Below, piece after piece: positions 20,786-31,247 of a stretch of 64,000 nt of DNA. The stretch's first letter is position 1. Every line of letters starts with the position of its first letter. A program made the position numbers and the translations under genes. Origin of the DNA: an uncultured Spirochaetota bacterium. GTDB lineage: Bacteria; Spirochaetota; Brevinematia; Brevinematales; JAOACQ01. The stretch is taken from assembly GCA_963783575.1 (NCBI GenBank), contig CAWAOD010000003.1, positions 1 to 64,000 on the forward strand. The letters run 5' to 3'. The notes beneath the pieces are model-generated. The model saw only the letters and a list, made by a program, of their open reading frames with translations, did no database searches and had not been told where the DNA came from.

Positions 20786-22627
20786 ATGGATAAAGGGAAA
20801 TCTGTATTTACTATAATACCTTTTCCATTTCATCAGGTCAAACTAAATAAAGGCGTTTTTCGTTCGGCTTTGGAGTTAAACCGGGAATATCTTAATGAAA
20901 TCCCCGAGGAGAGGCTTTTATATTCATTTAAGGTAAATGCCGGGATTGAAACAAGTGCGGAGCCTTTAGGCGGTTGGGAAAAACCGGACTGTAAGATTAG
21001 AGGCCATTTTTTGGGGCATTTTCTTACAGCATGCGCCCGGTATTTCGCGATTGAAAACGATACAGTATTAAAAGAAAAAGCGGAAAGGATCATAGAAACA
21101 CTCGCTTTTTGCCAGGAAAAGCTTGGAGGAAGCTATTTAAGCGCTTTTCCTGCATCAGAGCTTGATTTATTGGAAAAATATGAAGATCATGACGTTTGGG
21201 CGCCATACTATACTATTCATAAAATAATGCAGGGCTTGCTTGACTGCTTTCTGTTTTGCGGCAGTAATAAAGCTCTTGAAATAGTCAAAAAAATGGCTGA
21301 CTATATAATAGGCCGTTTTTCAAAGCTGTCTTTCTGGAAGATTGACGGTATTTTACGGTGTACCAGGACCAATCCTAAAAACGAATTCGGCGGAATGAGC
21401 GATGTTCTGCATAAACTTTATTTAGTGAGCGGAGAAGATAAACACCTGGAAATCGCTCATCTGTTTGACCGCCCGTATTTTTTAGAAAATCTTAAAAACG
21501 GGAAAGACATTTTAACCAATCTTCACGCAAATACACATATACAAATTGTTATCGGTGCTGCCGCTCATTATGAAACGACAGGAGATATTAATTATAGAAT
21601 CGGTGTTGAAAACTTTTACAAATACCTGACAGGAAGAACCTATGTCAATGGAAACAGCAGCGGCCCGTCCGCCCAGCCGGATGGAGGAACTTCCGATAAA
21701 TCGGAACATTGGGGTGAATATGAAAAATTATCTGTGGCGCTGGCTGGCGGTGAATGTGAATCCTGCTGCGGACATAATACGCAAAAAGTACTTGGACATC
21801 TTTTACAATGGACAGGAGAAGCCGGGTATGGGGATCATATTGAACGGCTTATGTATAATTCAGTCCTGAACGCGACAAGCAGAAAAAGCGGTATGACCCA
21901 GTACCATCAGCCTTTAGGGATAAGCGCTCACAAAAATTTCGGATCAAAATATAATGATTTCTGGTGTTGTACCGGTACAGGCGTAGAAGCGATGAGCGAG
22001 CTTTCAAAGAATATATACTATCATAACGAAGAAGCGCTTTTTATTAACCTTTATATTTCTTCCAGCGTCCGCTGGCCTGAAAAAGGGTTACTGCTGGAAC
22101 AGAAAACAGATTTTCCGGTATCGGAACAAAGCACAATAATATTAAAGCTGGAAAAACCGGCAAGCTTTACCATTAAACTAAGAACAGGTTACTGGATGCG
22201 CCGGGGAATAAAAGTAAGAATAAATGGGGGATTTGTTCCGATCGAATATAAAGCGTCGGCGTTCGCGGCAATTAACCGTTTATGGAGCGATAATGACAGA
22301 ATAGAAATAGAAATACCGATGGATTTCCATATCCATAGAATGCCTGATAATAATGATATCGGCGCAATCATGTTCGGCCCGGTTGTCTTGGCGGCATTAA
22401 CCGGTGATGAGCCTGAAATCAATCTTAATGAGCGGAACCTCGGCGCCATGATTAAAAGAAATAACCCAAGCAGTCTTGAATTTACTATTTCAAACAACAA
22501 AGCATTGGTGTTGATTCCATTATACGAGGTTGAAGAACAATCTTATTGCGTATATATGGATTTAAACGGTGGAAAAAAAATAAATATAGTTTCACAAAAT
22601 GTAGCGGATGGAGAAATGGCTTACTGA
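20786..22627 (+). CDS. Glycoside hydrolase family 127/146 (beta-L-arabinofuranosidase-like)
   Basis: GGWE..RGHFLGHFL, WAPYYTIHKIMQGL, EFGGM, HANT, CESC, FWCCTGTG Cys/Zn motifs. Confidence 0.88.
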   Translation: MDKGKSVFTIIPFPFHQVKLNKGVFRSALELNREYLNEIPEERLLYSFKVNAGIETSAEPLGGWEKPDCKIRGHFLGHFLTACARYFAIENDTVLKEKAERIIETLAFCQEKLGGSYLSAFPASELDLLEKYEDHDVWAPYYTIHKIMQGLLDCFLFCGSNKALEIVKKMADYIIGRFSKLSFWKIDGILRCTRTNPKNEFGGMSDVLHKLYLVSGEDKHLEIAHLFDRPYFLENLKNGKDILTNLHANTHIQIVIGAAAHYETTGDINYRIGVENFYKYLTGRTYVNGNSSGPSAQPDGGTSDKSEHWGEYEKLSVALAGGECESCCGHNTQKVLGHLLQWTGEAGYGDHIERLMYNSVLNATSRKSGMTQYHQPLGISAHKNFGSKYNDFWCCTGTGVEAMSELSKNIYYHNEEALFINLYISSSVRWPEKGLLLEQKTDFPVSEQSTIILKLEKPASFTIKLRTGYWMRRGIKVRINGGFVPIEYKASAFAAINRLWSDNDRIEIEIPMDFHIHRMPDNNDIGAIMFGPVVLAALTGDEPEINLNERNLGAMIKRNNPSSLEFTISNNKALVLIPLYEVEEQSYCVYMDLNGGKKINIVSQNVADGEMAY

Positions 22628-22656
22628 TAAATCAATTTTCAAGAGAGGAATCGAAA

Positions 22657-25005
22657 ATGCATTTATTTAAAACATCTGATAAATATTTTAAAGTCGACCC
22701 CTGGATGGTAGTGGAAGAAGGCTTTAATCCCGAAAAGCAAAGGCTGTCGGAATCCATTTTTTCTTTAGCCAATGAATTTATGTGTGTCCGAGGTTATTTT
22801 GAGGAAGGTTATTCCGGCGATCATCTGCTGGGAAGCTATTTCAGCCAATTGTATGATATGATGGATATCCGGTACCCTCAGATTTTCAAGGGATTTATCA
22901 CCGAAGGCGCCACAATGATCAATGCGGTGGACTGGCTTTACACCAGGATCAGCCTTGACGGGGAAGAGCTGGACCTCTCAAAATCAAAATTTTCCGATTT
23001 TAAGAGGACACTTGATTTAAAAAACGCGACCCTGCAGCGTGAATTTGTCTGGGCCACAGCCGGCGGTAAAAAGCTAAAGATAACCTTTCTGCGTTTTACC
23101 GATATAGTGAACACTTCCGCAGGCTTTCAGCGTGTGTCGTTTGAACCGCTGAATTTTTCCGGTGAAGTAAAAATCATCGCAGGTCTGGATTTTGATACCA
23201 TATACGAACTGGCCGCCGGTTGGGACCAGACCCGGGGAACGGGATCCAGCAGTGAAAAAAAGGAAGACCTCAATTTCTGGACCTGTGAAAAGAAACAGAA
23301 AAACGGAGATATCTTCGCTATCCAGGCGCGTACCAGAAAAAGCGGTATCAGTCTCTTTTCCAGTTTCATGCTTTCATCGGAGCAGAAACCCGTTCTAAAA
23401 ACCCTGGAAAGAGAAAAATTCATCGGTGCGGAATTTAATTTGAAGCTTCAGCAGAACCTTACCGCATCCTTCGATAAGATTGCCGTAAATCATTGGGAAC
23501 AGACCGGGGATGTGGAACTGGTATGGAAAAACGGGTGCCGTCTTGCGGAAAAATATTCCCCGCTGAATTTTGATCACGAGCTGGAAAAACACATTAGCGC
23601 CTGGGCCGATTACTGGTATCGGATGGATGTTGAAATTGATGGTGACCCTGAACTCCTGCAGGGTATCAGATATTCCCTTTATGTGATGTTTATCAACTAC
23701 CATGGTGAAAGCGAACACCGGAATGTCATCTGCAAACTTGGAGGAGAGGTATACAACGGAGTCAATTTCTGGGATACTGAAATATACTGTCACAGGATGT
23801 TTCTGTTCCTGAACCCTGAAATTGCAAGAAAACTGCTAATGTACCGATATCACCATCTGTCTAAAGCACTGGAAAACGCGAAAAGGGTAGACCTGGACGG
23901 GGCCCGTTATGCTTTTTCCACAATAACAGGTTCTGAGGAAATGGGAACCTGGCAGCATGTCGATCTGGAAATTCACCAGAATGAGGCCATTTATTATGCG
24001 ATCTGGCATTATGATAAAGTTTGCGGAGATAAACAGTTCCTTTACAACGAAGGTATAGAAATGCTTCTTCAGATGTGCCGGTGTATGGCGAGCTGGGGCG
24101 GATGGAGCCCGAAAAACGGCGATTTCGGCTTTTACGGGGTAATGGGGCCTGATGAGTTCCACATGATGGTAAACCATAACTGTTACACCAACTACATGGG
24201 TAAGAAGATGTTCCTTTACACACTGGATGTCCTGGAAGAAATGAAAAAAAAAGAGCCCGCTCTTTATAAAAAAGCCCTGGACAAAGTCCGGTTACGATCT
24301 GAAGAACCAGTTGAATGGCGCCGGATGGCCGATAAGATGAGGATATTAAAGGATGAAAAGACAGGGATTTATGAACAGCATTACGGATATTTCGACCTTC
24401 CTCATATAGATGTGAAAAGCATTCCTATGTCGCAGGTCCCGATCTACAAACACTGGGCATATATTAGAATTTTCCGCTACAATATGATTAAACAGCCGGA
24501 TTTTCTGAATCTGCCTTTCTTTTTCAGCCGCGATTTCACTATGGATGAAAAACGGGCGAATTATGAGTTCTACGAGGCCAGGACCAGTCATGAGTCGTCT
24601 TTATCGCCGTCCTTACACGCTGTTTTAGCCGCAGAACTGGGAAAAATGGAAGAAGCGTATCAATTCCTTGCCTATGCGTCGAGACTGGACCTGGATAATT
24701 ATAACCGAAACACGGAGCAGGGACTGCATTCTTCCTCGGCATTCGGCGTCTGGGCGAGCATAGTTTCGGGGTTTGGCGGACTCAGGACAGATTCCGATAC
24801 GCTTGTGTTCAACCCATCGATTCCGAAGCAGTGGAAAGCATACCGGTTTAAAATCGCTTATCATGGTTCATTGTTAGCGGTTGAGGTAAATAAGCAGAAC
24901 GCTTTTTTCAGGCTGGAGAACGGCTCACCGGTAACAATAGAGATTTTCGGTAAGCTGAAAAAAATAAACGCTAAAGGAATCACTTTAAAGTTAACGGCAT
25001 ACTAA
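22657..25005 (+). CDS. Glycoside hydrolase family 65 (disaccharide phosphorylase-like)
   Basis: SESIFSLANE, FWDTE, GPDEFH catalytic loop, IKQPD, HESSLS; ATG 22657 after GAGG RBS. Confidence 0.9.
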   Translation: MHLFKTSDKYFKVDPWMVVEEGFNPEKQRLSESIFSLANEFMCVRGYFEEGYSGDHLLGSYFSQLYDMMDIRYPQIFKGFITEGATMINAVDWLYTRISLDGEELDLSKSKFSDFKRTLDLKNATLQREFVWATAGGKKLKITFLRFTDIVNTSAGFQRVSFEPLNFSGEVKIIAGLDFDTIYELAAGWDQTRGTGSSSEKKEDLNFWTCEKKQKNGDIFAIQARTRKSGISLFSSFMLSSEQKPVLKTLEREKFIGAEFNLKLQQNLTASFDKIAVNHWEQTGDVELVWKNGCRLAEKYSPLNFDHELEKHISAWADYWYRMDVEIDGDPELLQGIRYSLYVMFINYHGESEHRNVICKLGGEVYNGVNFWDTEIYCHRMFLFLNPEIARKLLMYRYHHLSKALENAKRVDLDGARYAFSTITGSEEMGTWQHVDLEIHQNEAIYYAIWHYDKVCGDKQFLYNEGIEMLLQMCRCMASWGGWSPKNGDFGFYGVMGPDEFHMMVNHNCYTNYMGKKMFLYTLDVLEEMKKKEPALYKKALDKVRLRSEEPVEWRRMADKMRILKDEKTGIYEQHYGYFDLPHIDVKSIPMSQVPIYKHWAYIRIFRYNMIKQPDFLNLPFFFSRDFTMDEKRANYEFYEARTSHESSLSPSLHAVLAAELGKMEEAYQFLAYASRLDLDNYNRNTEQGLHSSSAFGVWASIVSGFGGLRTDSDTLVFNPSIPKQWKAYRFKIAYHGSLLAVEVNKQNAFFRLENGSPVTIEIFGKLKKINAKGITLKLTAY

Positions 25006-25079
25006 ACCAGTTGTCGGATGTGATAGATAAAATGAGCTTATGAACTAAAAAATAAATGGTAACCCAGAGAGAGGTTGAG

Positions 25080-26624
25080 ATGAAGTATGTCGCTATTTTT
25101 CATGGAAATTTAAATTATGCATACCTGACCCCCGACAAATATGAATTTGTTATCCGTAAGAGCTATGAACTCATTTTCGATACCTTAAGAGAGGAATTTC
25201 CCGGTACAAAATATGTGTTTGAGGCGTCGGGTTACACCCTCGAACAGATTGCCTTACTTACTCCGGATGTGCTGGAAAAGTTAAAAGCGGCAATCAGCTC
25301 GGGACAGTGCGAATTTATGGGTTCACCATATGCACATCCGATGCTGCCGAATTTCCCAAAAGAAGACGGGAAATGGTCCATCCGGTTTTCGAATGAAATT
25401 TACAAAAAGTACCTTGGCATTGTTCCTAATAGTTTCTGGAATCCCGAATGCGGATGGAGAAGTTATTTACCGGAACAGGCTGCCGAAGAGGGCTATACGA
25501 ATTTAATCGGGGATTTTGAGGCTTACAGTCGCTCACTTGGAGTGGATGGCAAGCCGCAAAGGCCGGAAATATACGAGAAGGAGTTCAGCAAGGATCCGGC
25601 ATTTTATAATTTTGCTTTTAGATACGACCTCCCCGGAAGTGAAAAAGCAATCCATTTCCCATTTCAGCATATAGCCGGCATACCTGACGGAAGGCTTCAT
25701 ATGTTTTTGCGAACGGACCGGGTGGCGCAATTTGCCGTCAGGTTTTTCATGGGAATGGAAGGCTATTCATTTGAGAAATATATGGGTCTTATCAGGCAGT
25801 ACTCCGAACAAAAAGACGGTGAGCCAGAAGGCGCCCTGATTATTTTTGCGGATGACGCGGAATATATCGGAACAAACGGATGGTTCCGGCTGAAATTTCA
25901 GAACAAACCGGATAATGTGTTTGAGGAAACCCCTGAATCGAAGGAAAATCTGATCAACCTGATTAAGGAAGTAAAAAAACTGGGCGAGTTTATCACTTTT
26001 GACGATGCATGCAATAAAATACCAGCATTACCGGAAACAATAACATTTGACAATGACGCCGCCTGGCATGGCGCGAAGGCATCAACCTGGGCCAATACCC
26101 CAATGGCAAGGCTAATGCGTCCCTGGCAGGACCTGGTAAGGGAAAAACTCCATAACCTGGCTTACGTGATGGATCAGGAGATTTTAAAGAAAGCCTGGTA
26201 CCATCTTACCAATTCCTACAACTCTGACGGACAATGGCCTCCGACATTACCCGATGCCCCGCATATTATTCACCCGTTTAATTACGGTTACTGCTTTGAA
26301 AACCTGTTGAAAGCGGAATTGCTTGCCGGAGGAGTAGACAGGTCGAGACTTAGCGCCAATCCTGCTGATACGATGAAGGAGATATTGTCGATACAGCAGA
26401 ACCTGGTTTCTGAAAAAGCGGAAAGTCTGCTTCAGAGCGGGTCTGAAAAGGAGAAAACCACAGCGCGGCTTGCAAAAGAACTTATTATAAAATCAAAGGA
26501 TTTAACCTCCATAGAGCATTCGGGCAGCCATGTTCTATATTCCGAAGAATACAGGATCAGGGCTGAGCTGTTGGTGGAAGCAAGACGGCTGGTTGGCGGC
26601 GTGGTACTGGAAAAAGCGGAATAG
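25080..26624 (+). CDS. Glycoside hydrolase family 57, alpha-galactosidase-like branch
   Basis: FHGNLNYA, EFMGSPYAHPMLP, FWNPE (nucleophile region), ADDAEYIG (acid/base region), NSDG. Confidence 0.72.
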   Translation: MKYVAIFHGNLNYAYLTPDKYEFVIRKSYELIFDTLREEFPGTKYVFEASGYTLEQIALLTPDVLEKLKAAISSGQCEFMGSPYAHPMLPNFPKEDGKWSIRFSNEIYKKYLGIVPNSFWNPECGWRSYLPEQAAEEGYTNLIGDFEAYSRSLGVDGKPQRPEIYEKEFSKDPAFYNFAFRYDLPGSEKAIHFPFQHIAGIPDGRLHMFLRTDRVAQFAVRFFMGMEGYSFEKYMGLIRQYSEQKDGEPEGALIIFADDAEYIGTNGWFRLKFQNKPDNVFEETPESKENLINLIKEVKKLGEFITFDDACNKIPALPETITFDNDAAWHGAKASTWANTPMARLMRPWQDLVREKLHNLAYVMDQEILKKAWYHLTNSYNSDGQWPPTLPDAPHIIHPFNYGYCFENLLKAELLAGGVDRSRLSANPADTMKEILSIQQNLVSEKAESLLQSGSEKEKTTARLAKELIIKSKDLTSIEHSGSHVLYSEEYRIRAELLVEARRLVGGVVLEKAE

Positions 26625-26641
26625 GCTAAGGAGAAGAAGCT

Positions 26642-27661
26642 GTGTTGTATTCTGGCGAACGGAATTACGGCTGCAGGTTTCTGGAGATATCCATTTTCGG
26701 ATACAGGGCCGTCATCCTGGAAAATGAAAAAATAAGAATAACTTTCCTGCTGGATAAGGGAACTGAAATCATAGAATTCAATTATAAGGAAACCGACACA
26801 GATTTTATATGGAGATCACCGCAGGGGCTGAGCTGTCTTGAAAAGATCAAGTTTGCGAAAAAAGATGAGCAGATACTGACAGACAGCTATACCGGGGGAT
26901 GGTTTGAGTGCTTTCCTAATATCGGGGAAGCCTGTATTTACAAAGGCGCGAAAATTCCCCACTATGGAGAAATTTGCTATCTTCCCTGGGAATATGTGGT
27001 TTTAAAAGATGATCCTCAGGAAGTATCGCTGCAATGCTTCGTTCAGACAACCAAAACCCCTTTTGTGGTGGAAAAGGTTTTTACAGTAAAGTCGGGGATA
27101 GCTTCCCTGTTCATTGAAGAAAAAATCACCAATACCGGCAGAGAGGACATGGCTTTTCAATGGGGGCACCATCCGAATTTCGGCGCTCCATTTATAGACG
27201 AGAGCTGCATTATAGATATACCGCCGGCTGAGGGAACCATCAGTTATTCCGGACAGGGGTCAAGGTTTATTCCGGGAACAAAAGGTATATGGCCGTTCTT
27301 TAAGGATAAGAATGGAAACGAAATAAACGCCGGCATAGTACAAAAAAAGTTTTCCGGAATATGCGAGGAGATAGATCTCTTCAACTTGAAAGAAGGCAGG
27401 ATCGGCGTCAGAAATCACCGGAAAAAATTAGGGATCGAACTGCTATGGGACCTTCAGGCATTCAGGCATGTTACCGTCTGGAACATAGCCAACGGCGATA
27501 CAGGCTATCCCAGATACGGAAATACCTATGTCCTCGGTTTTGTCGTTAAAAACGACGTTATCAGAGAGCTCGAAAAATCTTCCAATAACGGGAAATGCCC
27601 AGTGATCCGGAAGGGTGAAACGAAAAATGCCTGGTTTACCGCTTCTGCTGTTCAGTTTTAA
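26642..27661 (+). CDS. Galactose-mutarotase-fold protein (DUF4432 / aldose 1-epimerase-like)
   Basis: LENEKIRITFLLDKG, YTGGWFECFP, YGE...PW, WGHHPNFGAPF. Confidence 0.75.
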   Translation: MLYSGERNYGCRFLEISIFGYRAVILENEKIRITFLLDKGTEIIEFNYKETDTDFIWRSPQGLSCLEKIKFAKKDEQILTDSYTGGWFECFPNIGEACIYKGAKIPHYGEICYLPWEYVVLKDDPQEVSLQCFVQTTKTPFVVEKVFTVKSGIASLFIEEKITNTGREDMAFQWGHHPNFGAPFIDESCIIDIPPAEGTISYSGQGSRFIPGTKGIWPFFKDKNGNEINAGIVQKKFSGICEEIDLFNLKEGRIGVRNHRKKLGIELLWDLQAFRHVTVWNIANGDTGYPRYGNTYVLGFVVKNDVIRELEKSSNNGKCPVIRKGETKNAWFTASAVQF

Positions 27662-27729
27662 AAATATCATCCAAGCAGTTAGAAAAAGTACTCAAAATTG
27701 ACTCAAAGGTGGTTCCAAAAATAATTTCG

Positions 27730-27900
27730 GCCCGGCTGCTTTCAAACGACGACAAAACCAGGAACAACCTGCCGCAATATTTTGTACGAACGCCCTATTC
27801 TCTCAAGAAAATCCACTACATCAAGGTCTCTACCTGACTTAATACACCAGTATACCAGCGACAATATCAAGTTCTTTCCGGTACTGGATTTCATCATCGA
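27730..27900 (+). mobile_element. Degraded IS91-like (Y2/HUH) transposase fragment
   Basis: Reads ARLLSNDDKTRNNLPQYFVRTPYSLKKIHY then NIKFFPVLDFI, resembling the LARYIxRxPxSLxR / LDFIA blocks of IS91-family transposases; stops and frameshifts. Confidence 0.5.
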
Positions 27901-27979
27901 AGAAAAAACAGTGTTTTTTGTTTTTTCTCAGCGTTTATTTGCTGTTTTTCTTACCTCTAAATATAATTCATCCTATCCG

Positions 27980-28093
27980 CACCTCCAGCGGTTTCGGATT
28001 CGGGCTGGTAAAAATACTAACAAAACAGTTAAATGGTTCCATACGAATAGACATGAAAATGGAAGCAGTATTATTCTGGAATTTGAGAATTAA
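27980..28093 (+). pseudogene. C-terminal remnant of a histidine-kinase HATPase domain
   Basis: TSSGFGFGLVKILTKQLNGSIRID then (shifted) NGSSIILEFEN*, matching a G2-box tail; no upstream part. Confidence 0.5.
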
Positions 28094-28377
28094 ATAATTT
28101 GGCGAGCAGAAGCGCCTTTAACAAAATCAAATTACATAATGTTTTCAATAATCATATCGTTATAGAAAAAGGCTTTACCCTGCTTAATCAGGTTTATATA
28201 TTTGTTATAGCAAAATTACTTTTAACCTAGTTGTATCAACCGATTGAAATCAGAGATAAAAAGCGATTTTCAATCTTTTTTTTGCTCTATTTATTACATT
28301 AGATTATAATTTTTTAATGTAAGTTTATCCGGCATTTGCGAATTAGAAGCGGTGATGTTTTTAATGGGGGCGTAAAT

Positions 28378-30078
28378 ATGCGGATCAATTCAATAACGAC
28401 AAAGATAGTTTTAATTGTGGTTACCATAATAACTTTAACTATGACAATATTGGGTATTATTGATTTTTTAGGTGAAAGATCAAGACTATATAAATTGTTA
28501 AATGATAAATCCAAAATACTTCCTTTAAGGGCTTCCATCACATTAGCCGATCCTTTCTGGAATATTGACATACCGTTAATCAAACAATTAACTTCCTTTG
28601 ATATGACTGATGATGAGATATATGCCATTATTATCGCGGATAAGAATGGAAAAGTTTTTTATCAGGTAAAAAGGGATAAAGATTGGAAAGCGGTTGAATC
28701 TGAAGTGGAAAAGACTGAAAGGTCCCGGTATCAGCTCATATCTTCCACAGGAGAATTGAAGAACGATAATCAGGTTGTTGGAAAGGTTGAATTCCTGATA
28801 TCAAAAAAATTCCTTAATCAATCTCTGCAGTCTGTTATTATAGGTACAAGTATTAAAACAGTTATTATCTCAATTCTAATCATATTTTTAATGATTATTA
28901 TTCTGGACAGAATTTTGATCGTACATATAAAAGAGCTGGGATTAAAGTTCAAGGAAATGTCAGAAGGAGAAGGTGACTTAACAAAGAGGCTTGAAATAAA
29001 ATCCGCTGATGAGATCAGCCAGCTTGCCGGCCATTTTAATAAGTTCATTGTCACACTAAATGGTATTATCAGGGATGTTAAAACATCAGTCAAAGATACA
29101 TACAATGTTAGTGATGAATTAACAAATATTACAGCAAATTCAACTTCGGCGGTGATAGAAATATCATCTGGTATTAAGTCCATTACCAACCAGATAAAAA
29201 ACCTGGATATTAATATTGAAAACTCATCAAAGAAATCAGACCAGATAATGTCCATATCAAATACAATGGAAGAACGTGTAACACGGCAGAGGCAAAGCCT
29301 GGAAGTATTCTCCTTATCAATAGATAAAATGGTTCAATCCATTTCAAAAATCGCTGCGACAATAGAAAGCATTCAGAAATCTTCGGAAATGCTGATAGAT
29401 TTATCAAAAGTCGGCGACACAAACATTCAATCAACAAATATCAATATTGATAAGGTGTCATCTGATGTTAAAAGTATCCTTGAAATCATTCAGGTCCTGG
29501 ATGATATATCCAGCCAGACAGGCATTTTATCACTTAACGCATCGATTCAGGCTGCCCATGCCGGCGGCTTCGGAACCGGTTTTGCGGTTGTTGCACATGA
29601 AATTCGTGAACTGGCTACTTCAACCAAAGAAAAGTCAGAAGAAATACAAAAGTTCATCAAATCTATCGTAAATCTTATTCAGGTCGCTTCTGATTCCAGT
29701 ATTAAAAGTAAAGATTCTTTCGGGAAAATTTACTCCGAACTTAATAATTTTATAGCGTCTTTACAAAATATTTATATGTCAATCAGGGAAATAAAAAAAG
29801 AAAGCGATGAAACCAAAAATACAATTAATATGTTGAATACATTAACATACGGTGTTAATGACATTTCAAATGAATCAATCGGAAGCGCAAGGGATATCAC
29901 TGAAATAATGAAGAACGGTATTTTGATATCAAAGGAAGTTAACAGTGCTATCGGTGAAATAGATATCAACAGTAAAAACATTACCAGCGGTATGCAGCAT
30001 GTTCTTGACCTCAATGTTAATACAAAAAACAGCCTTGAAAACCTTCTTAAGCAGATAGAAAAGTTTAAGATTGAATAA
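28378..30078 (+). CDS. Methyl-accepting chemotaxis protein (2 TM, HAMP, signalling domain)
   Basis: GEGDLTKRL..DEISQLAGHFN HAMP; QTGILSLNASIQAAHAG..GFAVVAHEIRELA. Confidence 0.92.
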   Translation: MRINSITTKIVLIVVTIITLTMTILGIIDFLGERSRLYKLLNDKSKILPLRASITLADPFWNIDIPLIKQLTSFDMTDDEIYAIIIADKNGKVFYQVKRDKDWKAVESEVEKTERSRYQLISSTGELKNDNQVVGKVEFLISKKFLNQSLQSVIIGTSIKTVIISILIIFLMIIILDRILIVHIKELGLKFKEMSEGEGDLTKRLEIKSADEISQLAGHFNKFIVTLNGIIRDVKTSVKDTYNVSDELTNITANSTSAVIEISSGIKSITNQIKNLDINIENSSKKSDQIMSISNTMEERVTRQRQSLEVFSLSIDKMVQSISKIAATIESIQKSSEMLIDLSKVGDTNIQSTNINIDKVSSDVKSILEIIQVLDDISSQTGILSLNASIQAAHAGGFGTGFAVVAHEIRELATSTKEKSEEIQKFIKSIVNLIQVASDSSIKSKDSFGKIYSELNNFIASLQNIYMSIREIKKESDETKNTINMLNTLTYGVNDISNESIGSARDITEIMKNGILISKEVNSAIGEIDINSKNITSGMQHVLDLNVNTKNSLENLLKQIEKFKIE

Positions 30079-30274
30079 CATAAAAGAAATGACTTAACGG
30101 TCGCTATGGATTTGGCTGGCTGGTTGATGATTGATGAGGTTTTTCCTGGTCAAAAAAATAAATTTGCAAGCGATGAAATACATCCATTCAGCGTCTCTCC
30201 CTGGAAAAAAACACCGGCAAAATCCCCAAAACTTCTACCAGACCGAACTATGAAAAAAAAGAAGAAAGCAAATA

Positions 30275-30465
30275 GTGCCCATGCATGATTTGCTTTCTTC
30301 TTTCTTTATTTCCAGGCTCTTTTCTTTCTCGGGAACATCCTGAGCTGTATCCTCCGCTTTAAATTTCTTCAGTTTTATTTCCATTGCGTTTCCCCCGGGA
30401 GTCCGGCTGGAATATAAGCCGTAATAGCTGATCAGGTAATGCCCTTTATTGATGTTCGAGCAAAT
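30275..30465 (-). mobile_element. Degraded IS91-like transposase C-terminal fragment
   Basis: NKGHYLISYYGLYSSRT resembles the HxxRYYGLYSxR motif; later frame reads KKKANHAWA (cf. ..WARL motif). Confidence 0.55.
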
Positions 30466-30485
30466 CATTAAAGACATTAATTTGT

Positions 30486-31247
30486 CTACTTCTCACCCAA
30501 TTGTTTTCTACTTAATTTATCAATTAAATTTAATCCTATATTAGGTAAAAACTTTTGGAACAATTTAAAAAGAAAAACATTTTCTCCTGGTGCATATTCG
30601 ATCTTTCCCTTTTTGATATTATTTATCACACTAATTGCAAAATAATTGGGGTTTACAAGCTTCCCTGTATTATTTAATTGTTTTGGCATATCGGTATCAA
30701 TGCTTGGCGGAAGTATTTCTATAACTTTAAATTTAGTGTTTTTTAATTGAATCCGCAAGGATTTAGTAAATACACTTAATCCTGTTTTTGAAGCTGAATA
30801 AAGCGGCATAATAGGTATAGGCATAAATGCAATTTCTGAAGTATTATTAATAATCAAATTTTCATCTGATTGATTAGCCTGATTAATAAAGTGCTGTGTT
30901 ACCGCTATTGCTCCTGCAAAATTAGTGTTTGCTTTTTCAAATATTTCTTTTGAAGTAAGTTTATTTCTGTTCAAATCCCATTTCTCCACAACACCGGCAT
31001 TATTAAAAAGTACATTTAAAACAATTTTCTTTTCTTTTAATGAAGCAAATAATTTATCAATTGAATGATAATCAGAAATATCTGTCACTTCATAAGAAAT
31101 GTTTTTATTTTTTGAAGACACCATTTTCAATTTATCTTCATTTCTGCCACAAATAATAACTTTATTATCATTAGCTAATTGCAGTGCTAGTGCTTCTCCA
31201 ATACCTGACCCCCCACCTGTAATAAGAACTCTACTGTTTTGTAACAT
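30486..31247 (-). CDS. Short-chain dehydrogenase/reductase (DltE-like)
   Basis: ITGGGSGIG, NNAG, YSASK, VIEILPPSIDT. Confidence 0.92.
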   Translation of the reverse strand: MLQNSRVLITGGGSGIGEALALQLANDNKVIICGRNEDKLKMVSSKNKNISYEVTDISDYHSIDKLFASLKEKKIVLNVLFNNAGVVEKWDLNRNKLTSKEIFEKANTNFAGAIAVTQHFINQANQSDENLIINNTSEIAFMPIPIMPLYSASKTGLSVFTKSLRIQLKNTKFKVIEILPPSIDTDMPKQLNNTGKLVNPNYFAISVINNIKKGKIEYAPGENVFLFKLFQKFLPNIGLNLIDKLSRKQLGEK

